Shown here: piece by piece, positions 9,574 to 19,933 of the stretch
Layout: every line of letters begins with the position of its first letter
How positions within the stretch are numbered: the stretch's first letter is position 1
Source: Oxalicibacterium sp.
Lineage (GTDB): Bacteria > Pseudomonadota > Gammaproteobacteria > Burkholderiales > Burkholderiaceae_D
Direction: 5' to 3'
DNA: 36,122 nucleotides
NCBI GenBank assembly: GCA_036263255.1
Contig: DATAHI010000087.1
Location: 1-36,122, forward strand
Translations under genes and position numbers: made by a program
The notes under the pieces: generated by a model
Seen by the model: the letters and a program-made list of their open reading frames with translations, nothing else
Database searches by the model: none
Told to the model about the DNA's origin: nothing

Positions 9574-9672
9574 GCAGCCAATTATTCAGGCGTTTATTGC
9601 GCGCGGCAAGCAACATCGTCATGAGATGCGAACCAAGTACGATATTGTTCACAAGCGCTCATCGCACGGCAC

Positions 9673-9699
9673 AAAAAAAGCGGACCGAAGTCCGCCTTT
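9673..9699 (-). terminator. Rho-independent terminator after adk
   Basis: Minus strand GCGGAC-TTCG-GTCCGC-TTTTTTT (cUUCGg tetraloop) right after the stop codon. Confidence 0.9.
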
Positions 9700-10365
<666 letters not shown>

Positions 10366-10498
10366 CTAAATGAGAGTTTGAAATTTGGCGCAGCAGGCGC
10401 CGGAGACAAATTGTGGTCAAAGCAGGCAACAACGTGGCACGAAACTTACCACAAAACGACATGCATCCGATGCTTTTCCATCCCACGCAAGCGGTTAA

Positions 10499-11251
10499 TC
10501 AGCTGCCGAAATGCTGACGAACGCGTTGCAGGTCTTCCGGTGTATCGACTCCCGCCGCCGGCGCGTGATCTGTCACATGCACGGCAATTGGATAGCCGTG
10601 CCAAAGCACACGCAGCTGCTCCAGCGATTCGATCTGTTCGAGCGGCGACACGGCCAGACGCGGATACTCCTGCAGGAAATCGTTGCGGTACGCATACAGG
10701 CCGATGTGGCGCAGCGGCGCATAGCCTTCAGGTAACGCTTCTTTTGTTTTTGCGAAACCATCGCGATGCCAGGGAATCGTCGCTCGTGAGAAATACAGCG
10801 CGCGACCGGATTTGTCGAGCGCCACTTTCACCACATTCGGATTGAAGGCATCGGTCACATCGTGGATCGCATGCGCCGCGGTCGACATCGGCGTGCCCGC
10901 CGAAATCAGCGCTGCGGTCGCCGCGATCAATGCCGGTTCGATCAGCGGTTCATCGCCTTGCACATTGACGACAACCGCATCGGCGGCCAAGCCGGCGGCA
11001 GCTGCGACTTCGGCAATGCGGTCGGTGCCCGACGGATGATCGCTACGCGTCATGCGCGCATCGATGCCGTGGCGCTTGCACGCAGCGAGAATATCTTCGT
11101 GATCGGTGGCAACGATGACTTGCGCAGCGCCGGACTGCAGCGCGCGTTCTGCCACGCGCACAATCATCGGGCGGCCGCCGAGGTCCGCCAGTGGCTTGTT
11201 CGGCAATCGCGTGGACGCCATGCGCGCAGGGATGATGACGACGAAGGACAT
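10499..11251 (-). CDS. kdsB: 3-deoxy-manno-octulosonate cytidylyltransferase
   Basis: [42 protein letters not shown]. Confidence 0.97.
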   Translation of the reverse strand: MSFVVIIPARMASTRLPNKPLADLGGRPMIVRVAERALQSGAAQVIVATDHEDILAACKRHGIDARMTRSDHPSGTDRIAEVAAAAGLAADAVVVNVQGDEPLIEPALIAATAALISAGTPMSTAAHAIHDVTDAFNPNVVKVALDKSGRALYFSRATIPWHRDGFAKTKEALPEGYAPLRHIGLYAYRNDFLQEYPRLAVSPLEQIESLEQLRVLWHGYPIAVHVTDHAPAAGVDTPEDLQRVRQHFGS

Positions 11252-11310
11252 GAAATAACTAGAAAGGAAACGTCAAACCACGGTGGTCGACGCAAGTGCG
11301 GACAAATGCA

Positions 11311-11502
11311 TCACGGCGCCATTTCGGCGCTGCCGTGGCCTTGCAGGTCGCGCGCCTGATCCGCCCACATGATCGGAATACCGTCGCGAATCGGATAAGC
11401 AAGGCGATCGGCGCGGCAGATCAGTTCCTGCGCCTTCTTGTCGTGTTCGAGCGGACCTTTGCAGATCGGGCAAACCAGGATGTCAAGCAAGCGAGCGTCC
11501 AC
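11311..11502 (-). CDS. ycaR: Trm112-like protein YcaR (UPF0434)
   Basis: GTG start with SD GGAG; [18 protein letters not shown]...[11 protein letters not shown]; between lpxK and kdsB. Confidence 0.92.
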   Translation of the reverse strand: MDARLLDILVCPICKGPLEHDKKAQELICRADRLAYPIRDGIPIMWADQARDLQGHGSAEMAP

Positions 11503-12547
11503 GTAATTTCTCCACAATTCTGTCGGCCAGCGCAGTATCGATCTGCGCTGTGACCGGGACGACCCATATGCGAGGGTCGTTGCGCAATGCGCCATTCTGG
11601 CGACATTTTACTGCATCCTTCTCCGTGATCAGAATGACATCGGCGGGCAAATCGGCAAAGGGATTGTCAGCAAAATCGTAATGGTCAGGCAACGGAAATT
11701 CCGTGAACCGGATGTCGCAAGCACGCAGCGTTGCAAAGAACCGCTCCGGGTTACCGATGCCGGCAGCTGCCACAATTCGTGCCGGCGAGAAACCGCTGAC
11801 CGTGACGGCAAAGGATTTCAGCGCACGCGTATGTGCGTGGCCGCCAGGCTCGGCCGAGGACATCAATTGTTCGGCCAGTACTCCGAGCAATTGCATCCGG
11901 TAAGACTCTGCAATGCGCGCTGCATCGTCGTGCGAACCGTTGACCACGGTGAAATCGCGGCGGCGCGTTGCCGGTTCGCGTAAGGGTCCTGCCGGCAACA
12001 ACCATCCATTGCCGATACCACGGCCATCGAACAACACGATCTCGACATCACGAGCGAGCCGATAATGTTGCAAGCCATCGTCCGCAATCAACACGTCAAT
12101 TTCCGGATGCGCTGCAAGCAAGGCGCGACCGGCGGCGACGCGATCGCGCGCAACCATCACCGGGCAGCCGGCACGATGCGCAATCAGCAAAGGCTCGTCG
12201 CCTACCTGGTCCGCGGTGGCCGAGACGTCGACCAGACGCGGCGCATGCGCAGCGCCGCCGTAACCGCGCGAAATCACGCCGGGATGAAAACCCAGGGCTC
12301 GCAGGTGCTGCACCAGCCAGATCGTGAATGGCGTCTTGCCGGTGCCGCCAACGAAGATGTTGCCGACCACCACGACTGGAACTGGGAGCCGCTCCGACTT
12401 GCACACTCCACGACGATACAGAGCACGGCGCAAGCCCGACAACGCGCCGAACAACCAGGAAAAGGGCAGCAGCGCGCGTGCCGCAGCATCGCGGCGCGAC
12501 CAGGTTCGTGCAAAAAACGTTTCGAGGGAGGAGCGTCGGATGGCCAC
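11483..12547 (-). CDS. lpxK: Tetraacyldisaccharide (lipid IVA) 4'-kinase
   Basis: [45 protein letters not shown]; start (GTG 12547) uncertain. Confidence 0.95.
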   Translation of the reverse strand: MAIRRSSLETFFARTWSRRDAAARALLPFSWLFGALSGLRRALYRRGVCKSERLPVPVVVVGNIFVGGTGKTPFTIWLVQHLRALGFHPGVISRGYGGAAHAPRLVDVSATADQVGDEPLLIAHRAGCPVMVARDRVAAGRALLAAHPEIDVLIADDGLQHYRLARDVEIVLFDGRGIGNGWLLPAGPLREPATRRRDFTVVNGSHDDAARIAESYRMQLLGVLAEQLMSSAEPGGHAHTRALKSFAVTVSGFSPARIVAAAGIGNPERFFATLRACDIRFTEFPLPDHYDFADNPFADLPADVILITEKDAVKCRQNGALRNDPRIWVVPVTAQIDTALADRIVEKLRGRSLA

Positions 12548-12599
12548 GTCGTCTTCGGTCAATTCATCGATGGACGTGCAACGATGCCGGTTGCAGCGC

Positions 12600-13034
12600 T
12601 TATTTCTTGCCGCTGCTCTGGGCGGCGAAGGTGACACGGGAATATCCGGCGATGCGCGCCGCTTCCAGCACATTGATTACCGTCTGGTGCGTGGCCGTAG
12701 CGTCGGCGTTGATGATGACGACCGGATCGATATTCGCCTTGCCGGAGGCGCGTGCCGCGTTCGCCAGCTCATCTGCCAGATCTTCCGGGCTGTGCGCGGC
12801 GGTGCGAACATTGTTCACCGCATAGCGGCCCTGCGCATCGACCCCTACATTGATTTCAAATGGACGGTCGGCCGCTTTTTCTGCATCCGCCGTCGGCAGT
12901 GTAATCTGCAGCGCGGTCAGCTTGCTGTAGCTGGTGGTCACCATCAGGAAGATCAGGATCACCAGCAGCACGTCGATGAACGCGATCAGATTGATTTCCG
13001 GATCTTCGCGGCCCTGCCCTTTGCGAAAGTTCAT
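12600..13034 (-). CDS. exbD: ExbD/TolR-family protein
   Basis: EINLIAFIDVLLVILIFLMV TM segment with the conserved Asp; periplasmic INAD motif. Confidence 0.93.
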   Translation of the reverse strand: MNFRKGQGREDPEINLIAFIDVLLVILIFLMVTTSYSKLTALQITLPTADAEKAADRPFEINVGVDAQGRYAVNNVRTAAHSPEDLADELANAARASGKANIDPVVIINADATATHQTVINVLEAARIAGYSRVTFAAQSSGKK

Positions 13035-13049
13035 GAATGGCGTCCGCGT

Positions 13050-13661
13050 TTATTTGCGATGGTTGTGCACGATGTCGACGAACTTCACTGCCTGCTGTTC
13101 CATGTCGATGATGAAACTGTCGACCAGCGCGCGGAAGTGGCGATAGAACACCAGCGAAGGCATCGCGATCGCGAGGCCGAAGCCGGTGTTATATAGCGCG
13201 ATCGAAATGCCGTGCGCCAGTTCGGCCGGATTGGTACCGGTGCCGGTCGCATTCTGCGAACCGAAGATTTCGATCATGCCGACAACGGTGCCGAACAAGC
13301 CCATCAATGGCGCCAATGAAGCGACGGTACCCAGCGTGGTCAGGAAGCGTTCCAGATCGTGTGCGGTGCCGCGCCCCGCTTCCTCGATGGATTCCTTCAT
13401 CACATCGCGCGGTGCATCAACATTGCGCAAGCCTGCCGCCAGCACGCGGCCGAGCGGCGAATTCTGTTCCAGCGTCGCCACCACGTTCGCATCGATTTTG
13501 CCATTGTGATAGACGCGAATGACTTCCTGCAGCAGGGTCGGCGGCAAGATTCTGCTGCGGCGCAGAGACAGCGAGCGCTCGATGATCAGCGTCACGGCGA
13601 CGATCGAAGCGATCAGCAGCAACCAGATCGGCCAACCTGCTGCGTGAATAATGGCGAACAA
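13050..13661 (-). CDS. exbB: ExbB/TolQ/MotA-family proton channel
   Basis: APLMGLFGTVVGMI, GISIALYNTGFGL; TTG start at 13661 preceded by AAGGAG. Confidence 0.92.
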   Translation of the reverse strand: MFAIIHAAGWPIWLLLIASIVAVTLIIERSLSLRRSRILPPTLLQEVIRVYHNGKIDANVVATLEQNSPLGRVLAAGLRNVDAPRDVMKESIEEAGRGTAHDLERFLTTLGTVASLAPLMGLFGTVVGMIEIFGSQNATGTGTNPAELAHGISIALYNTGFGLAIAMPSLVFYRHFRALVDSFIIDMEQQAVKFVDIVHNHRK

Positions 13662-13793
13662 TGGGTGCTCCTTGTGGTGGTTCTTGATCGGGATGCAGAA
13701 ATGTAACTTGTTGACGGCACATGAGCAAGGGTCAGGAAAACGTTGTGCGGTCGCCTCACCCCTAAGTCCCACGGCCCATATGCATACGACAGT

Positions 13794-13828
13794 TTGTACA
13801 CAGATTCTGTGGATAAGCTTGTGCGTAA
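13794..13828. promoter_or_regulatory. Cluster of three DnaA boxes (one perfect), DARS-core-like
   Basis: TTGTACACA(13794-13802)-gattc-TGTGGATAA(13808-13816, exact reverse complement of TTATCCACA)-gct-TGTGCGTAA(13820-13828). Confidence 0.7.
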
Positions 13829-14121
13829 GCGCGGCAATCGTTTCAAAGCGCTTGATTTGAAAACGAATTTTTCCTTTGCCCGGGAAAAAGGCGATGTGCA
13901 GCTCGCCGCTGCAAGCGTGCTTTCCGCGCGAGCGCTATATGTTCCGCAATAAAGCGAGACGCGCACCGCTTGCGTTTCTGCTGGGCAGTCCGCATTTCCA
14001 CTTTCTGACATTGATTGGGGACGCATTCTTATAGGTCGAGCTTTGCAAACTTCTTATCATGCACAGCAGAGGCGCTTACTTGGCGTGTCTATCCCATGAC
14101 AACCATCACTAGGAGATCAAC

Positions 14122-14466
14122 ATGGCTTCAGACAAGGACAATCAAAGCAGCAAAAGCAACGCGGGCGGTCAAAACCGTACCAGCAATCGCGGCTTCGCCT
14201 CGATGGATCCGGACAAGCAGCGGGCGATCGCCGCACAAGGCGGCCGTGCTGCCCATGCTAGCGGCAATGCACACGAATTCTCTTCGGAGGAAGCGCGCGA
14301 AGCCGGACGCAAAGGCGGCCAAGCCAGCCACGGCGGCGGCGCACAGGCCTCCAACAAGAGCAATTCGGGCAGCAGCTCGGGCAGCCACGGCTCATCGAGC
14401 CACACGCGCGGCGGCTCCAGCGAGCAGCACTCGGAAGCGGGCCGCCAGAGTCACAAGAATGAATAG
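14122..14466 (+). CDS. KGG-repeat general stress protein (YciG/GsiB/Con-10-like)
   Basis: RGFASMDPDKQRAIAAQGG...HEFSSEEAREAGRKGG; very hydrophilic, G/S-rich; SD AGGAG. Confidence 0.9.
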   Translation: MASDKDNQSSKSNAGGQNRTSNRGFASMDPDKQRAIAAQGGRAAHASGNAHEFSSEEAREAGRKGGQASHGGGAQASNKSNSGSSSGSHGSSSHTRGGSSEQHSEAGRQSHKNE

Positions 14467-14505
14467 TGATTCGCGCCGATTCGCATGACATGACGGTCGG
14501 CAGGC

Positions 14506-14535
14506 AAAAGGCATCGGCATGGCCGATGCCTTTTT
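14506..14535 (+). terminator. Terminator after KGG gene
   Basis: AAAAGGCATCGGC-atg-GCCGATGCCTTTTT. Confidence 0.88.
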
Positions 14536-14584
14536 CTTTCCGCCGCTTGTCGAGCAAGGCAGTGCAATCTTCTACAATGCGTGC

Positions 14585-15943
14585 ATGGCATCCCTTCCCT
14601 CCTCACCCGATCGCGCCGGCCCGCCGGTATTGAGCGTTTCCGAGTTGAACCAGGCAGTCTCGCGTCTACTGGAGCGCAGCTTTCCGCTCGCCTGGATCGC
14701 TGGCGAAATCTCTAACTTCACGCGCGCTGCTTCCGGGCACTGGTACTTCACGCTGAAGGACGACGCCGCGCAGGTGCGCGCAGTGATGTTCAAGAGCCGC
14801 GCCCAGTATGCGGATTTCGCGCCACGCGAAGGCGACAAGGTGGAGGTGCGTGCGCTGGTCAGCCTGTATGCGCCGCGCGGCGACTATCAATTGAGCGTGG
14901 AATCGATACGCCGCGCCGGCGTCGGCAACCTGTACGAGGCGTTTCTGCGCCTCAAGGAAAAACTTGAAGCCGAAGGCCTGTTCGATGCGGCGCGTAAGCG
15001 GCCGCTGCCCCGCTTTGCCCGTACCATCGGCATCGTCACCAGCCCGCAGGCGGCTGCGCTGCGCGACATTGTCACCACGCTCAAACGTCGCGCGCCGCAC
15101 GTGCAATTGATCCTGTACCCGACACCCGTGCAAGGCGATGGTGCTGCGCAAAAAATCGCACAGGCGATCGCGACCGCCTCGGCGCGTGCCGAATGCGACG
15201 TGCTACTGGTATGCCGCGGCGGAGGGAGCATCGAAGATCTTTGGTCCTTCAATCACGAACTTGTGGCGCGCACCATTGCCGGCTGCGATCTGCCGGTCAT
15301 CGTCGGCGTGGGCCACGAGACGGACTTCACGATTGCCGATTTTGCCGCCGACGTGCGTGCACCGACGCCAACCGCCGCAGCCGAGATGGCGGCAACCCCG
15401 CGCGCAGACTGGCAAGCCACGTTGGCAAAACAAAGCGAGTGCCTGCTGCGCGCGGGACGGCGACATCTCGCCGAACGGGGACAAACCCTCGACTGGCTCG
15501 CTTCACGCTTGATCAGTCCGTCCGCCTACATCGCGCACGAACGCACGCGCCTGCAGGGGCTGCAGGCGCGGCTCGGCCATGCAACCCACATGCCGCTGAC
15601 GCAAGCGCAGCTTGCACTGGCGCGCCTGCGCGCACGTTGGGAAGCGCAGTTGCCGGACACGCGCGCGCATCGCCTGCACGTCAAGCATGGCGCCCAGCGA
15701 TTGACATTGCGCATGTGCGCACAGCTCGCGGCACGACGCCAGGCACTGTCTGCACTCGCTGCGCAGCTGGAAATGCTGAACCCCCAGCGCACACTGGAAC
15801 GCGGTTACGCGATCGTCGCCGACGAGCAAGGCAGAATCCTGCGTACGCCGCAGGAATTGCAACCGCGTAAAAATCTTCGTGTGCGATTGGCAGAGGGTAG
15901 CGCCGAGATCGGTATTGCGAGCGTGCAGCAAACATTGGAATAA
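14585..15943 (+). CDS. xseA: Exodeoxyribonuclease VII large subunit
   Basis: [68 protein letters not shown]; start moved to MASLPS. Confidence 0.97.
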   Translation: MASLPSSPDRAGPPVLSVSELNQAVSRLLERSFPLAWIAGEISNFTRAASGHWYFTLKDDAAQVRAVMFKSRAQYADFAPREGDKVEVRALVSLYAPRGDYQLSVESIRRAGVGNLYEAFLRLKEKLEAEGLFDAARKRPLPRFARTIGIVTSPQAAALRDIVTTLKRRAPHVQLILYPTPVQGDGAAQKIAQAIATASARAECDVLLVCRGGGSIEDLWSFNHELVARTIAGCDLPVIVGVGHETDFTIADFAADVRAPTPTAAAEMAATPRADWQATLAKQSECLLRAGRRHLAERGQTLDWLASRLISPSAYIAHERTRLQGLQARLGHATHMPLTQAQLALARLRARWEAQLPDTRAHRLHVKHGAQRLTLRMCAQLAARRQALSALAAQLEMLNPQRTLERGYAIVADEQGRILRTPQELQPRKNLRVRLAEGSAEIGIASVQQTLE

Positions 15944-16066
15944 GACGGTTTCCGGCAAAGAATTTCAAAAGGTGCAAGCCTTGCCCAACCGTTTTACAAT
16001 AAGGGCCTTTCAAAAAGAACATCTTTTCTTCAACCCCGATTTTTAACCCGATTCATAAGGACCACC

Positions 16067-16645
16067 ATGGAACATACCCTGCCGGCATTGCCCTATGCGA
16101 TGGATGCACTTGCTCCGCATATTTCGAAAGAAACGCTGGAGTATCACTACGGCAAGCATCATCAAGCCTACGTGACGAACCTGAACAACCTGATCAAAGG
16201 CACGGAATTCGAAAACATGTCTCTGGAAGACATCATCAAGAAGTCCTCCGGCGGCGTGTTCAACAACTCGGCACAAGTGTGGAACCACACCTTCTACTGG
16301 AACTGCATGAAGCCGAACGGCGGCGGCGCAGCAACCGGTGCTGTCGCAGATGCGATCAACAAGAAATGGGGCTCCTTCGACAAGTTCAAGGAAGAATTCA
16401 CCAAGTCCTGCGTCGGCAACTTCGGTTCCGGCTGGACCTGGCTGGTGAAGAAGGCCGACGGTTCGGTCGACATCGCCAACACCTCGAATGCACAAACCCC
16501 GCTGACTTCCGCCGACAAGCCGCTGATGACCTGCGACGTGTGGGAGCATGCATACTACGTGGACTACCGCAATGCGCGTCCGAAGTATGTCGAATCGTTC
16601 TGGAACCTGGTCAACTGGGACTTCGTCAACAAGAACTTCGCATAA
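16067..16645 (+). CDS. sodB: Superoxide dismutase [Fe]
   Basis: [28 protein letters not shown]; AQ and SNA residues point to the Fe type; SD AAGGA. Confidence 0.95.
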   Translation: MEHTLPALPYAMDALAPHISKETLEYHYGKHHQAYVTNLNNLIKGTEFENMSLEDIIKKSSGGVFNNSAQVWNHTFYWNCMKPNGGGAATGAVADAINKKWGSFDKFKEEFTKSCVGNFGSGWTWLVKKADGSVDIANTSNAQTPLTSADKPLMTCDVWEHAYYVDYRNARPKYVESFWNLVNWDFVNKNFA

Positions 16646-16669
16646 GCGCATCCGGTTTCCGGTTCGACC

Positions 16670-16696
16670 AAAAGCCCCTGCCATCAGGGGCTTTTT
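16670..16696 (+). terminator. Terminator after sodB
   Basis: AAAAGCCCCTG-ccat-CAGGGGCTTTTT. Confidence 0.9.
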
Positions 16697-16721
16697 CATT
16701 CATGCCACGGCCCATTGAACG

Positions 16722-16789
16722 CTTATGCCTGTTTTGCATGAGCAAATATCAATGTTATCGTTGGCCCACGTCGGCGCGCTTGTTATAGT
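16722..16789 (+). promoter_or_regulatory. Putative cysP promoter (extended -10) with an upstream AT-rich LysR (CysB/Cbl-like) operator
   Basis: TGtTATAGT at 16781-16789; upstream CTTATGC-ctgtttt-GCATGAG is an imperfect inverted repeat; regulator identity inferred from the downstream cys genes. Confidence 0.45.
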
Positions 16790-16844
16790 CGCGTCACCTT
16801 GCATTGCATCAACGCGCCGCAGGCGCCTCTTACATGGAGCACCT

Positions 16845-17852
16845 ATGCTGAAAAAAATCATGCTCGCCGCTGCCGCCACGGCTGCGCTCTTGTCCAGCGC
16901 TGCACATGCGCAAGAAAAACCGCTGTTGAATGCCTCGTACGACGTGGCGCGCGAAGTGTTCGCCGCGATCAACCCGCGCTTCCAGGCGCAGTGGAAGGCG
17001 CAGACCGGTCAAGATCTGAAGATCGATCAGTCCTTTGCCGGCACCTCACGCCAGGCGCAGGACATCCTGCAGGGCAAAAAGGTCGATACCGTGACTTTCA
17101 ACCAGGTGACGGACATCGATATCCTTGCGCAGCACGGGCTGGTCAGCAAGGATTGGCGCAAGGCGTTCCCGAACAATGCTTCGCCTTACTACAGCACGAT
17201 TGCCTTCCTGGTACGCAAGGGCAATCCGAAAAACATCAAGACCTGGGACGATCTGGTACGCGACGATGTGAAGCTCGTGTTCCCGAATCCGAAAACGTCC
17301 GGCAACGCACGCTATACCTACCTCGGCGCCTGGCTGTATGCGAACGAGAAGTACAAGGGCGATCAGACCAAGGTGAAGGAATTCGTCGGCAAGGTGCTGC
17401 ACAACGTAGTGAACTTCCCGACCGGCGGACGCGGTGCGACCGTTGCCTTCGCGCAGAACAATCAGGGCGATGTCCTGCTGACTTTCGAATCGGAAGTGAT
17501 CAACATCGCCAAGAGCGACGAATTCAAGTCGGGCGGTTATGAAGTCGTGACGCCGCCGGTATCGGTGCTGGCAGAATTTCCGGTTGCGGTAGTCGACAAG
17601 GTGGTCGACGAAAAGGGAACCCGCAAGGTCGCGACCGCCTATCTGAACTACGAATATTCGCGCGAGATCCAGCTGCTGCTGACGACCTTCAACTATCGCG
17701 TCAATCATCCCGATGTGGCGAAAGTGGTGGCCGACCGCTATCCGAAAGTCCGCCTGATCGATCCGGTCAAGGTGCTCGGCCCCTGGGACAAGATCCAGGC
17801 CACGCATTTCGCCAACGGCGGCATCCTCGATCAGCTGCTGGCTAAACGTTGA
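16845..17852 (+). CDS. cysP: Thiosulfate/sulfate ABC transporter periplasmic binding protein
   Basis: Signal peptide ending AHA, LLNASYDVARE, TFNQVTDID (CysP-type), PNPKTSGNARY, GGRGAT; start at MLKKIM with SD GGAG. Confidence 0.92.
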   Translation: MLKKIMLAAAATAALLSSAAHAQEKPLLNASYDVAREVFAAINPRFQAQWKAQTGQDLKIDQSFAGTSRQAQDILQGKKVDTVTFNQVTDIDILAQHGLVSKDWRKAFPNNASPYYSTIAFLVRKGNPKNIKTWDDLVRDDVKLVFPNPKTSGNARYTYLGAWLYANEKYKGDQTKVKEFVGKVLHNVVNFPTGGRGATVAFAQNNQGDVLLTFESEVINIAKSDEFKSGGYEVVTPPVSVLAEFPVAVVDKVVDEKGTRKVATAYLNYEYSREIQLLLTTFNYRVNHPDVAKVVADRYPKVRLIDPVKVLGPWDKIQATHFANGGILDQLLAKR

Positions 17853-17912
17853 TAGCTCAGCTGCAGAGACTCGGCGAACTCTGCAGCCTGGTTTACAATG
17901 CCGAACATTCAT

Positions 17913-17945
17913 CGACCATCCGCAGCGGATGGTCGTTTGCTTTTT
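17913..17945 (+). terminator. Intercistronic terminator-like hairpin between cysP and cysT
   Basis: CGACCATCCG-cag-CGGATGGTCG-TTTGCTTTTT. Confidence 0.6.
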
Positions 17946-17983
17946 GCATAGCACCAGATGACCCGCTTGATCGATAACGAGCC

Positions 17984-18820
17984 GTGAGCAAATCCCTTTC
18001 CTTCTTCCGCAGCACGCCCATCCTTCCGGGCTTTTCGATCAGCTTCGGCCTGTCGACGCTGTACGTGAGCCTGGTGATCCTGCTGCCGATCTCGGCGCTG
18101 TTTATCTACGTCAGCGACATGAGCTGGTCGCAATACTGGTTCGCGATCACCGATGCGCGCGTGCTGCAAAGCTACAAGGTGACGATCGCCGGCGCCTTCT
18201 ACTCCACGATGATCGTCAGCGCCATCGGCCTTGTGCTGGCATGGATCATCACGCGTTATGACTTTCCCGGCCGCCGTATCATCGACGCATTGATCGATCT
18301 GCCTTTCGCGCTTCCAACCTCGGTCGCCGGCATTACGCTGTCTGCGCTATTCGTGCCGAATGGCTGGCTGGGACAATGGTTCGAAGTGTTCGGCATCAAG
18401 ATTTCCTATGCCTTCCCCGGCATCGTGGTGGCGATGATCTTCACTAGCCTGCCGTTCATCGTGCGCTCGGTGCAGCCGGTGCTGGCGGACATGGAAGCCG
18501 AGCTGGAAGAAGCGGCAATGATGCTGGGCGCCACCAAGTGGCAGACCTTCTGGCGCATCATATTGCCGACCGTGCTGCCGGCGCTGATCACCGGTTCCTC
18601 GCAATCCTTCATTCGCAGTCTTGGCGAATTCGGTGCGGTCATCATGATCGCAGGGAACATTCCGTACAAGACGGAAGTCACCTCGCTGATGCTGTTCGTG
18701 CGTATGCAGGAATACAACTATCAGGCGGCTGCAGCGATTGCCTCCGTCGTGCTGCTCGCTTCGCTCGTTCTGCTGTTCATCCTGCAGATCGTCGAAAGCC
18801 GGATACTGAACAAGGGCTAG
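17984..18820 (+). CDS. cysT: Sulfate/thiosulfate ABC transporter permease CysT (CysU)
   Basis: RYDFPGRRIIDALIDLPFALPTSVAG, EEAA loop, RSLGEFG. Confidence 0.93.
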   Translation: MSKSLSFFRSTPILPGFSISFGLSTLYVSLVILLPISALFIYVSDMSWSQYWFAITDARVLQSYKVTIAGAFYSTMIVSAIGLVLAWIITRYDFPGRRIIDALIDLPFALPTSVAGITLSALFVPNGWLGQWFEVFGIKISYAFPGIVVAMIFTSLPFIVRSVQPVLADMEAELEEAAMMLGATKWQTFWRIILPTVLPALITGSSQSFIRSLGEFGAVIMIAGNIPYKTEVTSLMLFVRMQEYNYQAAAAIASVVLLASLVLLFILQIVESRILNKG

Positions 18821-18827
18821 GGACATC

Positions 18828-19676
18828 ATGGCAAAGGCAATCAAACGTCCCCGTCATCTGCACCAGTGGCTGCTGGTGATTCTCGGCATTGCATTGACCA
18901 TTCTGATCCTGGTGCTGCCGCTGATCCTGATCTTCACGCAAGCCTTCAGCGGCGGTCTGCAGCTGCTGTGGCAAAACCTGAACCAGGACTACATGCGAAG
19001 CGCAATCCGGCTCACCGTGCTGACTACAGTGCTGACCGTGCCGATCAATCTCGTCTTCGGCATCCTGCTCGCGTGGTGCGTTACGCGCTACGACTTCGTC
19101 GGCCGCCGCCTGCTGGTCACTTTCGTCGAAATTCCGTATGCCACATCGCCGGTGGTCGCCGGCTTCTGCTATCTGGTGGTGTATGGCGTCGAGGGCATTG
19201 CAGGCAAGTACTTCTATGCGCACGATATCCAGCTGATGTTCGCCTGGCCCGGCATCGTGATGGTGACCGTATTCGTGACGGCGCCGTATATCGCGCGCAT
19301 CCTGATGCCGCTGATGGAAAAGCAGGGCAGCGAAGAAGAAATCGCCGCGCTGTCGCTCGGCGCCGGCGGCTGGAAAATTTTCTGGCACGTCACGCTGCCA
19401 AACATCAAATGGGCGCTGTTGTACGGTACCGTGATCACCAATGCCCGTGCAGTCGGTGAATTCGGCGCGGTAGCGGTCGTGTCCGGCACCATCATGAATC
19501 AGACGCTGACTTTGCCGCTGCTGGTCGAACAGCTGAACAACGATTACAAGACCGCCGCCGCCTTCACTGCGGCGGCACTACTCGCCTGCATGGCGGTGCT
19601 CACACTCGTGCTGAAGACCGTGATGGAATGGCGTCAGCAACGACGCGAAGAAGCGCCGGACGTGAACGCCGCCTGA
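18828..19676 (+). CDS. cysW: Sulfate/thiosulfate ABC transporter permease CysW
   Basis: VPINLVFG, SPVVAG, TLPNIKWALLYG, NARAVGEFGAV. Confidence 0.93.
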   Translation: MAKAIKRPRHLHQWLLVILGIALTILILVLPLILIFTQAFSGGLQLLWQNLNQDYMRSAIRLTVLTTVLTVPINLVFGILLAWCVTRYDFVGRRLLVTFVEIPYATSPVVAGFCYLVVYGVEGIAGKYFYAHDIQLMFAWPGIVMVTVFVTAPYIARILMPLMEKQGSEEEIAALSLGAGGWKIFWHVTLPNIKWALLYGTVITNARAVGEFGAVAVVSGTIMNQTLTLPLLVEQLNNDYKTAAAFTAAALLACMAVLTLVLKTVMEWRQQRREEAPDVNAA

Positions 19677-19681
19677 CACAC

Positions 19682-19711
19682 AAAAAAACGGGACTTCACA
19701 GTCCCGTTTTT
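19682..19711. terminator. Bidirectional terminator after cysW and the convergent small lipoprotein gene
   Basis: AAAAAAACGGGACT-tcac-AGTCCCGTTTTT. Confidence 0.9.
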
Positions 19712-19717
19712 GTTTCC

Positions 19718-19918
19718 TCAATAACGATACGGATTGTCCGGACGCGCATCGTAGCGATTCGGCACACCGTCGTGATCACGGTCGCGGTCGCCGCGAGGCG
19801 GGCCGTCACGATAGTAGCCATCGTGATCGCGATGCGGGTCGACGACGACGCAGGCTGAAAGCATGCTCGATGCCGCGATTGCGAGCAGCGCGAGTCTGGC
19901 GAATTTGGTCTTCTTCAC
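19718..19918 (-). CDS. Small lipoprotein with DxDxDG (thrombospondin-3-like) tail
   Basis: Lipobox LSAC, SD AAGGAG before GTG, C-terminus [23 protein letters not shown]. Confidence 0.8.
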   Translation of the reverse strand: MKKTKFARLALLAIAASSMLSACVVVDPHRDHDGYYRDGPPRGDRDRDHDGVPNRYDARPDNPYRY

Positions 19919-19933
19919 GGCCTTCTCCTTGTT

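Noticed and set aside
13662-14121. Chromosomal replication origin (oriC)
   Set aside because: Only three DnaA boxes, no clear AT-rich unwinding repeats, and no dnaA, gidA or parAB in the window
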